From Octopus vulgaris (Eukaryota), in the NCBI GenBank assembly GCA_951406725.2, contig OX597827.1, positions 4,836,001-4,900,000 of the forward strand: DNA of 64,000 bases, in the 5' to 3' direction. The notes below the pieces were generated by a model. That model made no database searches, had not been told where the DNA came from, and worked only from the letters and a program-made list of their open reading frames with translations. Shown here in pieces: positions 38,001 through 50,759 of the stretch; positions within the stretch are counted from its first letter, which is position 1; each line of letters starts with the position of its first letter. Both the position numbers and the translations under genes were made by a program.

Positions 38001-39083
38001 TTTCTTTATATTTTATACAATATAATTTCTTTCTTTACCTTATTTCTGATCAAACAGACTCATGTTTGAAGGCCTTCTGTTTAAGGGATGACGATATTGT
38101 CCAGCGTGCCTTACCTTTTATTTTCTAAAGTGTAAAGTGAGTTCAGGGAGTTTTGGCTGCTATTTTTAACAGATCGAACCACTGCGCAGTCTCACTTGTT
38201 TGGTCAGGTACAATTTTTTTTTTCAGGCTGGAGATGCCTCATTGCACATGTAGTAAAGAATACTTTAGTTTTTGGTGGATGCCTAAGAATGAGAAGTGAG
38301 TTCCAGGTGAATCAACTCTACCGTTAGGTTTCCTTTCGATGGACGTCGGACTTAGGAAGCACCAACAAATCAGAACTTCTCCGTTTTTCAGATTCTTTTT
38401 TATAGTGTCCATTGAAATGCTTTGGACTATCTTTGCAAAAGGAAGAAAAAGAAAAAAATTGTGAGAAACTATGTCCACCACCACCACGTTTACCCGACCG
38501 ATTTTGTAGGCACTTTGCACTTGGATACTATAGGAGAAGCCTTTTCGGTACAAAAAAAAAAGGTGGGGGTGGGAATGGCGTGTGATTTAAAGGAGATTTA
38601 GCTGTTGTTTTAGCATATCCCACGACCGGTAAGGTTTAGAGTTGATAAAAAATGTTCGGAAAAAAAATTTTTTTAACGGCATAAATGAGTTTATGCTATT
38701 AATGGGGAGAAAATATTGAAAAACATCAATACATCAATACTTGTCAGAGTGAAGAAATGAGGAAGGTGATCATAGGATATGCTAGAAACAACAGCCAAAT
38801 CTCCCATTAGTCACACACCTTTACATCTAAAAATATTTTTTTTGTTTTTACTGAAAAAGCTTCCCCTAAAGTTTATAAGTGCGTAATCTCCCCACAAAAA
38901 TCATTGTACGTAGTGCCCACAAAGTTGACCAAAATTAGTCGGTTTAAAGATAGAAAAATTCTTTTACTTGTTTCAGTCATTTCACTGTGGCCATGCTGGA
39001 GCACTGCCTTTAGTCGAACAAATCAATCCCAAGACTTATTCTTTGTAAGCCTAGTACTTATTCTATCGGTATCTTTTACTGAA

Positions 39084-39316
39084 TAAGGCGGCGAGCTGGC
39101 TGAAACGTTAGCACGCCGGGCGAAATGCTTAGCGGTATTTCGTCTGCATTACGTTGTGAGTTCAAATTCCGCCGAGGTCGACTTTGCCTTTCATCCTTTC
39201 AGGGTTGATAAATTAAGTACCAGTTATGCACTGGGGTCGAAGTAATCGACTTAATACCTATGTCTGTCCTTGTTTGTCCCCTCTGTGTTTAGCCCCTTGT
39301 GGGTAATAAAGAAATA
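39084..39316 (+). mobile_element. SINE family A, young copy nested in family B
   Basis: 16-bp TSD ggtatcttttactgaa / ggtatcttttgctgaa (39068-39083 / 39317-39332). Confidence 0.92.
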
Positions 39317-39441
39317 GGTATCTTTTGCTGAACTGCTAAGTTACAGTGACACAAACACACCAAGATCAGTTGTCAAGCAATGGTGGTGGGGACATACACA
39401 CACACACACACACAAATATATAGATATATACATATATGTAT

Positions 39442-39838
39442 GTGCCCGTGCCAGTAGGGTGCTAAGAGCACCATCCGAGCATGATCGTTGCCAGAGCAGC
39501 CAACTGGCTCCGTGCTGGTGGCATGTAAAAGGGCACCTTTCGAGCGTGATTGTTACCAACGTCGCCTTACTGGCACCTGTGCCAGTGGAATGTGTAAAAA
39601 AATTCGAGCGAGGTCATTGCCAGTACTGCCTGATAGACCCTGTGCCAGTGGCATGTAAAAAGCACCCACTACACTCTCGGAGAGGTTGGCGTTAGGAAGG
39701 GCATCCAGCTGTAGAAACTCTGCCAGATCAAGATTGGAGCCTGGTGTGGCTGTCTAGTTCGCCAGCCCTCAGTCAAAATCGTCCAACCCATGCTAGCATG
39801 GAAGGCGGACGTTAAACGATGATGATGATAATGATGAT
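39442..39838 (+). mobile_element. RTE 3' UTR element nested in the microsatellite of family B
   Basis: Repeated ggtggcatgtaaaa units and catgctagcatggaaggcggacgttaaacgatgatg tail. Confidence 0.85.
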
Positions 39839-41342
39839 ATATGAAGGGCTTCTTTAAGTTTCTGCCTACCAAATCCATTCATAAGGCTTTGGTTGGCCTG
39901 AGGCTATAGTAGAAGACACTTGCCCATGCGGTGGAACTGAACCTGGAACCATGTGGTTGGTAAGCAAGCTTCTTACCACACAGCCACACCTGCACCTATA
40001 AATTTTAGAAAATTTATTTTTAGTAAATAGAGCGTTTCTAAGGGCATTTCTGAAGAGCATTTCCAGAGCATTTCCAAGGTCACTGTGAAAAAAAATCTGG
40101 AAAAGCCCCCATCAAAGTGGAAAAATTCCAACTTGTTGGTGTTTCCTAAGTCCGACATCCACCTTCATTTCTGCTGAAGTATTTGACTCCAAAGATCTTC
40201 AAGCAATCAGTTACTTTGCCCAATTACAATTTCTTTTTCTTTTTCTCTTCTCTAAATCTAGGATCTTGTGTGCATTAAGAAAAACCTATTTATGGGAATG
40301 GCTGCTTTTTTTTCCAGACAAGCAATAGAGAGGCCAAGACTGCATCTCTATTTGGATTCACAGTTGTAATAATTTCACTCCAATTAAGACACTAATTATA
40401 ATTAGAGTGACATGAATGTTATACATTTTTATTTCTTTCATCTTATAATCCGACTTTGTCTACCTCCAAAAATAATGTTTAGCATCAATGGGTTGATGAA
40501 TTAGCAGAGTCATTAAGAGTATAAGATAGATAATATGCAATATTTGTTCTTGCACTCAGCAGTTCATTTCAACAGTATTATAAGCCCTTAAGCAAAGTGA
40601 TGAGCTGTGGATCTCTACTTACGCAACCATGGCCTCTGGGTAAATACCCAGTGTGTTCATGCCTTAAGAGGCACTGGGTCTCTGCTCTCTGAGTTCAGAT
40701 CCCACCTAGAACACCTTTGCCTTTTGGGATCAATAAATAAAGTACCTAACTCTAGTAGAGTTGATTCTATCCCTTCTTTCTCCATCTCACTCTGGAAGAA
40801 ACTGACTGTGAACAGATCTGGTAAAGGATGGTCTCTGCCAGTTTCAAAAATACTCAAGGCAGTGTATATCACTATGTCATCCTTATGACAATATCAGATA
40901 TTAAGTGGGAGAGATGAGGCAAAGTTTGTTTAGATTAGGATGGGGGAATGTTCAAAACAGAACAATGGCTTACATGTTTTACTCCAGTTTTTACTACCCA
41001 TTGTATGGAGTATTACTGCAACTACCTACCATTTGTTGTTTTGTCATTGGTGAAGAATCAAATCCGCTTTATTTGAGTAGATTGAGCAGATGCTGAGCTG
41101 ATTACAAATATGCTTAAGATAAAAAAAAAAAATATGTATACAGTGTCCTTGTTTAGAACCAGGTCAACCTGGACAGGACAGACCTATTGTCAAGGCATTT
41201 CGGTTGTGACACTCTAATGAGTTTACGAATAACCTAAAATATTTACTATTTTCTTGAAAATGATTTCATTTTGTTTTTAATTAATCTTTTAATTAGGTCT
41301 GTTATAAAGTAGTAACTATTGTATAATAAATACTTTTTCTTT

Positions 41343-41419
41343 GTATGTATGTATGTATGTATGTATGTATGTATGTATGTATGTATGTATGTATGTATGT
41401 ATGTATGTATGTATGTATG

Positions 41420-41467
<48 letters not shown>
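41343..41467. repeat. (GTAT)n(TA)n microsatellite
   Basis: Direct reading. Confidence 0.95.
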
Positions 41468-41469
<2 letters not shown>

Positions 41470-42291
41470 CAGAAATAAATTTACACAAGACAGTGACTAT
41501 AGCTAGAAATATGGCACTGAAAATAATCAGTGACTACACTACAGAGAAAAATTTCTATTTTTAATTAGCTTAATTACCCAGAAAACCTATAGTATAACAA
41601 TAAGGTTATATGTATTTAAAACATTTTGTTTGTTTTTTTGATGTATTCAGAAAACACTTCAAAATGTTATATTAATAACAATCAATATGGCAAGAGTTGA
41701 GTTTTGTGACTAAATGATTCATTTACCCACTAACCTTTTTTTTTTTCCTTTTTTTTCCAAAGTTTCTTCTATCATATTTGTGATACAACAGCTGCTCACT
41801 TCTGCTCGCTTTTCTTATAAATTTAGTAAATACCTAGTCAGTGTTTTGCTTCAGTTGACTGATATTGGTAAGTGGTAAGAAATTATAAGAAATTTTGAAA
41901 ACTAGGTGATTCAATGAATTTTGAATATGACTAAAAATTCTTAATTTCTCCACAATAGCAGCAGCAAGTAAATTTGGATAAGATACAAAGAAGTGAGTAG
42001 AAATAAAAGACGGCATCTGTTATGTATTTTATGTATCTTTGTAGAAAGGGTTATCATTAGCATCAATGGAATTATTGTTTCTTTTTATATTTGTTTATAT
42101 ATTTATTTATTAATTCAGGCACTATTAATTTAATCTTTTTTCAGGTTTTTAAAAGATTGTATTGAACAATTCAGTTTCTGTTCATCACATGTCAAATAAA
42201 TGTACATATGTATATGTATGTCTGGATCGATGAATGCATAGACGGATGTATGAATGTGTATGTGTGTACATATGTGTTTGTACATGAATAC

Positions 42292-42674
42292 TCTTTTTAC
42301 TTGTTTCAGTCATTTGACTGTGGCCATGCTGGAGCACCGCCTTTAGTTGAGCAACTCGACCCCGGGACTTATTCTTTTTGTAAACCCAGTACTTATTCTA
42401 TCGGTCTCTGACGGGATATAAACACGCCAGCATCGGTTGTCAAGCAATGCTAGAGAGACAAACACAGACACACAAACATATACACACACACACATATATA
42501 TACGTATATACGACAGGCTTCTTTCAGTTTCCGTCTACCAAATCCACTCACAAGGCATTGGTCGGCCCGGGGCTATAGCAGAAGACACCTGCCCAAGATG
42601 CCATGCAGTGGGACTGAACCCGGAACCATGTGGTTGGTTAGCAAGCTACTTACCACACAGCCACTCCTGCGCCT
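42292..42674 (-). mobile_element. SINE family B, young copy with a small internal deletion
   Basis: High identity to 19763-20166. Confidence 0.9.
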
Positions 42675-43260
42675 ATGTGTGTGTATAAACACACTCTCTC
42701 ACACCAATGTACACACACACACACTCACTCGATCGCACACATACAGTTGTATTAGATACAAGTATATTTAAATCACACTGGAATTTGAAGTACTTTGAAT
42801 TTACATACATTCACACATCCTTTACATAAAACTATTTTCTGAAAGCTCAGCCCTTATTAAATAAATGATTTATAGGAAAAAAAAAAAAAAAAAGCAGAGA
42901 AAATGGTAATGGAATAATATTTATTAAAATTAATTTTAGCTAAGAAAGTCAATTTTTAAGAGGCTTGGAAACCTCTATATAGCTACTCAACCAGCTGGAT
43001 ATAGCAGCTAAATCACCCTAAGGTCACCCAAAGAAAGAAATAATCGATAGTTCAGTCAGCCATATACAAAAAGACAGAATGAGCACATCTGGAATGACTT
43101 TACCTCCAGATCTGTTCAAACAGTGCTGACTTGGAGCAACAACAGCTACAAAAACATATTAAGTTGTTTGCTGTGTTGTTAACATAACTGTTTTGCTTTT
43201 CCATGATTCTGGAGTCTTTGAGTAAGAGGTAGATGAGAACCTCAGTTAAATTATATCAAA

Positions 43261-43658
43261 CTAGCAGTATCGCCCAGCGTTGCCCGGGTTTGTAAGGGAA
43301 ATAACTATATGAGCATTTTTAGAGATGTAATGTATAATAGCCATCTCAATATGGCTAACCACAAAGGGGGGGGGTGTTACTGTAGCTTTTTACGTTCTGA
43401 GATTTAATAATACATTTTTAGAGAGTTACTTCCCTTATATATGCCAAAAATGCATTAAAAATGGGAAAAATTCATGGTAAATTTTTTTTTAAATCATAGA
43501 CTCATCGTAGACGCGCGCTAATACCCAGAAGGGCTCGATATGAATCACGACTATAAGATACCCAGTTTTGGTTAAACTGCACCGCAAAATGTGGGAGTAG
43601 TTAGGAATCTAAATCGTAGGAGACAGACAGCACACAACCTCTCTTTTATATATAAAGA
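43261..43658 (-). mobile_element. Non-autonomous Helitron H1, variant with an extra internal segment
   Basis: Reverse complement of 35801-36190 at both ends (TC...CTAG, A|T site). Carries agatgtaatgtataatagccatctcaatatggctaaccacaaaggggg... which the + copies lack. Confidence 0.9.
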
Positions 43659-44550
43659 TTTAAGGAACATTGTTTCAAATTACAGTCAGGATAGCTGAAA
43701 ATGTCAGAAACAAGAACAGCTAGTGGGAAATCATGTTCTGTATTTGTTTGTCTGCTACTATAAAAATACAAATGAAATTAGAAATATGGGAGTTATTAAA
43801 AGTAATCTTTACTGTGAGAGAAGCAAAACGTGTTCTCATCTGACTGGGTTTACTTTTTGCCTGTCAATCTTCAAGAAAATTACCCAATTAGGCACCAGAA
43901 TATTCTAGCTATGTGTCTGTTGTTAAAAGTAATTATTAGAAATAAATGGAAGGTCATATTACTTATATATTAATATCTATAACAATGCTTTTTAGTAAGT
44001 GCCCTCTCCTTAGTAACATAACAATAACAGTATTTTAAAGTAAGAGCCTTCTCCTTAATAAATCTTTTCTATTTCACGGAGGGATTTTCAAACCTTTTGC
44101 TTAGCGTATCCTTTCATCATTTCTGGCAGTGTTGGCTTACCCCTTCAATTAAAACCCTATCTATTAAAACAGCTGGATACTATACAATAGACAATAAGTG
44201 TATTATTTAACTTAGTCTCATTGAAAGGGTTCAAATCTTGCTTAGGCCAGTTGTTCCTCTCATCCTGTTTGAGTTAATAAAATAGAGTATCTGGGGCACT
44301 GGAGTCAATATAATTAACTGTTCCCTCCTGCAAGTTTCTTGCCTTATGTTTTCTGTAAGAAATTAATTTCATTTAAGGTTATAGTTTTAATGAGATTAAT
44401 GAACTTGGCTCTTACTAACAAGCAATGCACTTCTAGACAGAGTGTTAGAAAGTTACTTGCATTTTCTCAATTGACAATCTTGTTCACAATGATAAGTGAA
44501 TAATAACAATGAAAAGCTCTCCACATTATGCGTTCCTCAGATATATCAAA

Positions 44551-44942
44551 CTAGCAGTATCGCCCAGCGTTGCCCGGGTTTGTAAGGGAAATAACTATAT
44601 AAGCATTTTTAGAGATGTAAAGTATAATAGCCATCTCAATATGGCTAACCACAAAAGGGGGGGTTACTGTAGCTTTTTACGTTCTGAGATTTAATAAATT
44701 TTTAGAGAGTTACTTCCCTTATATATGCCAAAAATGCATTAAAAATAGGAAAAATTGATGGTAAATTTATTTTTAAATCGTAGACTCATCGTAGATGCGC
44801 GCTAATACCCAGAAGGGCTTGATATGAATCACGACTATAAGATACCCAGTTTTGGTTAAACTGCACCGCAAAATGTGGGAGTAGTTAGGAATCTAAATCG
44901 TAGGAGACAGACAGCACACAACCTCTCTTTTATATATAAAGA
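44551..44942 (-). mobile_element. Non-autonomous Helitron H1, same variant as 43261-43658
   Basis: Near-identical to 43261-43658. Confidence 0.9.
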
Positions 44943-46632
44943 TGTGTTTAGTTGGTTGTGATTACTTGAAAATTCCAGAGTTATTACAACTCTTGGCTGT
45001 CCTTGCAATTTCTTTTGCATATGCCTTGATGTACATGTACTATGGCATGAACATCTGATACTATGTACGAGGAATGTTAGAAACTATGAATATTTAAGGA
45101 TAAAATAAAAGAACTGTTAAATCCATAGTTGTAATCTCATTGCAAAATAAATACAATAAGATAATATTTTAATGTGCATGTATGCCATATTTATGAGGAA
45201 AATAGTTGTTGTTATTTTTAGTAATATTGAAATATTTATTAATAATTTTATAGCAATATTTATAATGTATTAAGTAATTGAGTATGTAACATTGTATGGA
45301 CAAAATTAAAATCAATATATATTTGTTATATTCTATTTTCTAATATGTTGTGTATGAGTGTGTGTGTCTTTTTGTGTCTATATTATCTTGATATATTTAC
45401 TTTACCTTTGTAAAATATTGTAAAGGCACTGAAGAAATATTGGAATATAAAGTTGTGTTGACTATTGTATTTTGTTGACAGATGCCACGATTCAATTATT
45501 GTAGTAAGCAAACAAAAGGATAAGCATGGATATATGTTTGTCTGTTGGAAAGTGAGATATATACAATAACGAAAGTGAAAGTATTGTGACTCAAGGGAGA
45601 TAAGTTGAATACGAACCATTTGATATGAACATATTATAAGCACGAGAGACAAATATGGTAGAAGTAGAAGCAAGCTGTGAGAGGGCTTCAGTGTTATTAC
45701 ATAGCTGATGCAGAATGTATATGGCAATATAGGCATATAGAATTAATGTTTAGATAAAATAAAACTTGAAATTTGGATCTTAACAGCGCTTGATGATAGA
45801 ATACTTGTTATAAAATTAAGATTTATGGAAAAACTCTGCAATAAAAACTCAAACAGAGTATGCTAACATGGAATGATTAGGTGTTAATCCAGTGTCAATG
45901 TGTGTATGTGTGTGTGTGTGTGTGTTCTGTCTGCAGTAACTTTGTATACCTCTTTTTATAAAGTGTCATTACAAATTATTTACGATTAATTTGTAGGATG
46001 ATTATAGAGTCTTTTTGGAATTTAAAATTCATTTAAATTTAGTTCTATATATCATAGAATTAATCTCTAAAGAGCATTTAAAGTCCTCATGTCTTTATTT
46101 TACTACCATCAAAAAAGAAATTTATTATAATTTGGTTGCAGATTTTTAGTTTATTTTACAAGGAGATCTAAAGTTGATAGTTTGTTCAACTAAATTCCAT
46201 TCTCAGATGTCTTGGAGATAAGGATAACTAATGTGATTCAAGGTATAACTGAAAATCAGCTGCAAAAGTTATTTCTAGTTGCATCAGAGTTTGTTTATGT
46301 AAAAAAAAAAGAGATTGGAATTGCTGAAAATTAACAATCTCAAGATTAAAACTGTTTTAAAAAAAATTAATGTATTCCTTCTTTCATACCTATTGATTAA
46401 TTCCTCTGTGTATAGACATAATGTTAGACAAATGTAAAATTGCATAGAGACTTTATAATGAGCATAAACACACTCAGATGCATGTATGCACGTGTATGTG
46501 TGTGTGTGTGTGTAATGTGAAAGCAAAATATTTGGCATCACTCAAAAAAACATTTAATTTACATAGAGAAAATAAACAGATAAAGGAAATTACTTTGTTT
46601 TGGAGTGATACTTTTTCATTTTTTATTTTAAT

Positions 46633-46733
46633 ATCATCATCATCATCATCATCGTTTATAGTCCGTTTTCTATGCTAGCATGGGTTGGACGGTTCGCCCG
46701 GGGTCTGGGAAGCCAGCAGGCTGCACTAGGCTC
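46633..46733 (-). mobile_element. Short RTE 3' tail
   Basis: (CAT)n followed by atgctagcatgggttggacggttcg. Confidence 0.8.
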
Positions 46734-47134
46734 ATATATATATATATATATATACAAGATAAGAAAATGAAGAAATACATCTAAATCTATATTTATATAT
46801 CAAATCTTTTCCTCTCCCATTCACAGTTCTCTGTCTGTCACTCTCTCTCCCTCACTCTTCCTCCTTTGCTCACGTGGATCGCACATGACCATCAGCCATT
46901 TTTCTTTCTTGTGTTTCATTCTTTCTTCCTGTTGCACAAGGAAGACGTATTCTTGTCTGTCTCCTGTCCAAGTTTGTTTCTTCGTGTTTGTAACCACAAA
47001 CTCGTTCAGTCTTACTGTGTGACACGTTGGGTGAGTGTCTTCTACTATAGCCTTCAGCCAACCAAAGCCTTGTGAGTGGATTTGGCAGATGGAAACTGAA
47101 AGAAGCATGTTGTATACACACACACACACACACG

Positions 47135-48000
47135 CATCATTTGGTCCTTCAGCCTCAATGGGAACAGGCCACTTGCATCTTTTTCTGTCTTTGACAAGGG
47201 TTGAAACTTGAAACCAGTTTGTGACACAGCTGTGCAGGTCACCTTTTGAGGTGGATCTCCAGGTTTCCATTTGCCCACCCTTTAGTCTCTTCCCACCCGC
47301 TGGCAACTGTGTAATTGCTGTTCTTATTTGAATATTGTCCACCATTTGTAGGAGATGCCCTGATGACAAGAATCGGGCATTTGGCATTGTATCTTCAAAA
47401 CACCTCCTCGTTTGTGATCTTGTCTTGCTACCTAATGCCCAAGACTTTTCAGAAACATCTTCGCTGGAAAATATCTGTGATATATATATATGGGGGTGGG
47501 GTATGGAATTCAGCTGCAAGTATTAGAATCTCTGTCTTAACTTTACCTATAAGTTACCAAAGCTATAACCAAGTAATTAAAGATGGAAGTGTATCAGACG
47601 GCCTGATACTGTCAAATGCCAATGTCTTCTTTATCCGTATCCAGTGATAAACATTCAGTTTACAAACAAGACCTCTTCTAGAAATAGCCAACCACCCCCA
47701 TCTGACACACACACACACACACACTTTCACACACCTTCACAACCAATGTTATTTTGCCATCATCAAGATCAGTAGATTTTAATGTTGCAAGCATTCGAAC
47801 TCGGTCCCCAGTTTTCTCCCGTGTGTATATACCCACCACCACCACAGCAGACTTGACCAACTGACTGAACATTGCTTTTATTGAATTAACGAGTTTGGGT
47901 AGGGACTGAAAAAAGTTTTGCGTAAGCGTATATAAAACACATCCCCTGCCATACTGACACAAAACTCTCATCAATACTTTTAATGTTTTGTTTATAAAAC
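47135..48000 (+). mobile_element. Possible highly degenerate Penelope-like element 3' part
   Basis: Weak peptide echoes (NQFVTQLCR, MEFSCKY, IRTRSPVFSR) followed by a hammerhead-like ggtaggga-CTGAAAA...AAAAC-aca-tcccctgcc at 47898-47950. Confidence 0.35.
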
Positions 48001-48050
48001 TTTATACGATTATTAAAGTTAATGATGAATTAGTTTATAGGAGAATTCAG

Positions 48051-48456
48051 GGATCTTTTCGGTTTGAACGGCAGTTTTTTCTAGGGGTGTCATATGAAAT
48101 TGTCACCCATAATTATGACCCTAGTATCGATCTATTGCATTTCAATCTGTTTTAGGGTTAGGGTTAGGGTTGGGATTGGGGGGAAAGGTATCTTTTTTTT
48201 TTCAGAAATGTAAATAAACCCAATCTGTTTCTTAAACAAGGGACATTTTCATACAGCACAGAATGTTTTCACCTCAATACACGGTCATTGATTGGTTGAA
48301 ATTGCAGAAATTGAAGAAAAAAACAACAAATATCTTACAAACTATAGAATTTTCTCAATAAAGCCAAGAGAAAAAGATGTTTTATAACGAATTTTAAAAG
48401 TGTTTAGCTATGTGGAAATTGTTTTAAAAAAACTGCCGTTCAAACCGAATAGATCC
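48051..48456. mobile_element. MITE with 30-bp TIRs, 8-bp TSD and internal TTAGGG repeats (Merlin-like by termini)
   Basis: TSD gaattcag (48043-48050 / 48457-48464). TIR ggatcttttcggtttgaacggcagtttttt / aaaaaactgccgttcaaaccgaatagatcc. Confidence 0.9.
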
Positions 48457-48666
48457 GAATTCAGTAAGATCGATTGCTGTGAAATAACATTATCAGCGAT
48501 TTATTTTTGTAATTGTGTTTAGAATAAATGGCACAAGAAAAATAACGTTACAATTAGTTACCTCCCTTGCATAAAATAACATTTTGCAGCTTATGTGATT
48601 CTGTCAGCGAGGTGAACACTCCTTATTGATTGAACATTGTTGTCAAAGGAATCGGTGTTCGTTTAC

Positions 48667-49061
48667 CCTTTTACTTGTTTCAGTCATTTGACTGTGGCCA
48701 TGCTGGAGCACCGCCTTTAGTCGAGCAAATCGACCCCGGGACTTATTCTTTGTAAGCCCAGTACTTATTCTGTCGGTCTCTTTTGCTGAACCGCTAGGTG
48801 ACGGGGACGTAAACACACCAGCATCGGTTGTCAAGCAATGCTAGGGGGACAAACACAGACACACAAAGATATACACACACATATATAAATAGATATACAT
48901 ATATACGACAGGCTTCTTTCAGTTTCTGTCTACCAAATCCACTCACAAGGCATTGGTCGGCCTGGGGCTATAGGAAAAGACACTTGCCCAAGATGCCGCG
49001 CAGTGGGACTGAACCCGGAACCATGTGGTTGGTTAGCAAGCTACTTACCACACAGCCACTC
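48667..49061 (-). mobile_element. SINE family B, young copy
   Basis: High identity to 19763-20166. Confidence 0.9.
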
Positions 49062-49409
49062 ATTTATTTATTTATTTATTTAATTATTTGTTAATCTGTA
49101 GTAAGAAGATAACACTCATTACCTTTCGCTGTTATTTTAGGATTGGAATTTTGTATATCACAGAAGTTGGGTATTCTTTCTTTGAAATTATATAAATTTA
49201 TCACAGTGTTGGTCCTTGGTGGTTAGAGCCGTTGCTGACGTGACCATCACATCTTTATGCACAATGGAAATCCCACTGAATAATCTTTTTGTTTTCCAAA
49301 AGTAGGGGTTTATTATTTGAAGGAGATTGGACCCTATTTCTTATGTGCTTATCAATTGTGTAGGGACCAACTTGGCAGTTTATAAATTAGTACTTAGAAG
49401 AAACGCATG

Positions 49410-49930
49410 ATATCTTTTATCTTTTACTTGTTTCAGTCATTAGACTGTGGCCATGTTGGAGCACCACCTTGGAGAATTTTTTTGTTGAATGAAACAACCC
49501 TAGGAGTTATTTTTTTAAACCCGGTACTTTTGCCAAACTGCTAGGTTACAGGGATGTAAACACACCAGCACTGGTTGTCAGGTGGTAGAAGGGGGACACA
49601 CACATTATATATATATATATATAGTTAATCCAAACATGAAGGCACAAAAAAAACACAAAAAACGCAAGGACGTGGAACAAATATAGTATTATTGGACGCT
49701 CAGGAAAGAAGGAGGGTTTTTACGTTTCAAGCAGAGCTCTTTGTCGGAAACATAGGAGAAGGAAAGATCTAGAGAAGGGAAGACAGAGGAAAAAAGATTG
49801 CCAACAGTACACACGCGGTCACATTTTTATATATATATATATATATATGACAGGCTCCTACCAGTTTCCATCTACCAAATCCACTCACAAGGCTTTTGTC
49901 AGCCCAAGGCTATAGTAGAACAGACACTCT
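49410..49930 (-). mobile_element. SINE family B variant interrupted by a hammerhead-bearing repeat at 49620-49825
   Basis: Tail 49410-49600 and head part 49845-49930. The insert sits in the TA microsatellite. Confidence 0.7.
49718..49750 (-). ncRNA. Degenerate minimal hammerhead ribozyme motif
   Basis: Minus strand: ttt-CCGACAA-agagc tct gctt-GAAA-cg-TA-aaa. Palindromic stem III (acgt), 2 core mismatches. Confidence 0.5.
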
Positions 49931-49984
49931 TGAAGTGTGCTCCTTATTGCCTTCTTGACTGGAAAAAGACCAATTTTGCATCAA

Positions 49985-50392
49985 ATCGTTACTTGTGATG
50001 AGAAATGGATACTCTTTGGCAACAGCAGGAGAACAGGACAGTGATTAGATGCAGGAGAGTCACCCAAACACTACCCAAACCTACCATTGCGCCCTAAAAT
50101 GTTAGTGGTCACTGTATGGTGGTCTGCGAAGGGAGTTATTCATTATTCATTTCCGCAACAAGGAAAAACGGTAACAGCAACATCGTATTGCCAGGAATTC
50201 GATTGTATACATGAAAATTTGAAAAAGAAGCAGTCTAGACTAGTGAATAGAGATGGCCCAATTTTGCTCCTCAAGCTACAGTCCAAAAGTTGCAAAGCCT
50301 GAATTATGAGATTTTGCAACATCTGCCCTATTCCTCTGATACCTCGACTAATGGTCATCACTTGTTTAAGCATTTTGAGCTTTTCATAAGTA
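49985..50392 (+). mobile_element. Mariner (DD34D-type) transposase fragment
   Basis: IVTCDEKWIL, VTVWWSAKGVIHYSF, TVTATSYCQE, LVNRDGPILL, LNYEILQHLPYSSD. Confidence 0.88.
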
Positions 50393-50454
50393 ATATGTAT
50401 ATCTTATACATATATATCTTATATATGTATGTATGTCACCTTATATATGTATTC

Positions 50455-50745
50455 TGCTCACGATTATAAGGTCGTGAGTTCAATTCCTGGCGATGCATTG
50501 TGTTCTTGAGCAAGACACTTTATTTCATGTTGCTCCAGTCCACTCTGCTGGCAAAAATGAGTTGGACCTGTATTTCAAAGGGCCAGCCTTGTCACACACT
50601 GTTTCACGCTGAATCTCCCTGAGAACTACGTTAGGGGTACACGTGTCTGTGGATTGCTCAGCCACTTACACATTAATTTTGCGAGCAGGCTGTTCTGTTG
50701 ATCGTATCAGCTGGGACCCTCGACATCGTAACCGACGGAGTGCTC
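50455..50745 (+). mobile_element. tRNA-derived SINE sharing its 3' half with family C but with a CORE/V-like centre
   Basis: gagttcaattcc B box and ttgtgttcttgagcaagacacttta centre. From acctgtatttcaa onward it matches 11120-11299. Confidence 0.85.
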
Positions 50746-50759
50746 CTTTTTTTTTATGT

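Larger units (their letters stand above)
38960..39997 (-). mobile_element. SINE family B copy interrupted by a family A SINE and an RTE tail
   Basis: Tail 38960-39083, continuation 39317-39440, head 39845-39997. Confidence 0.85.

Noticed and set aside
46821-47519. Longest ORF (232 aa, minus strand)
   Set aside because: It runs through a SINE head and a (TG)n tract, has no recognisable domain, and is probably antisense to a TE relic.
48151-48180. Telomere or chromosome fusion site
   Set aside because: Only 3 perfect units, and they lie inside a MITE.
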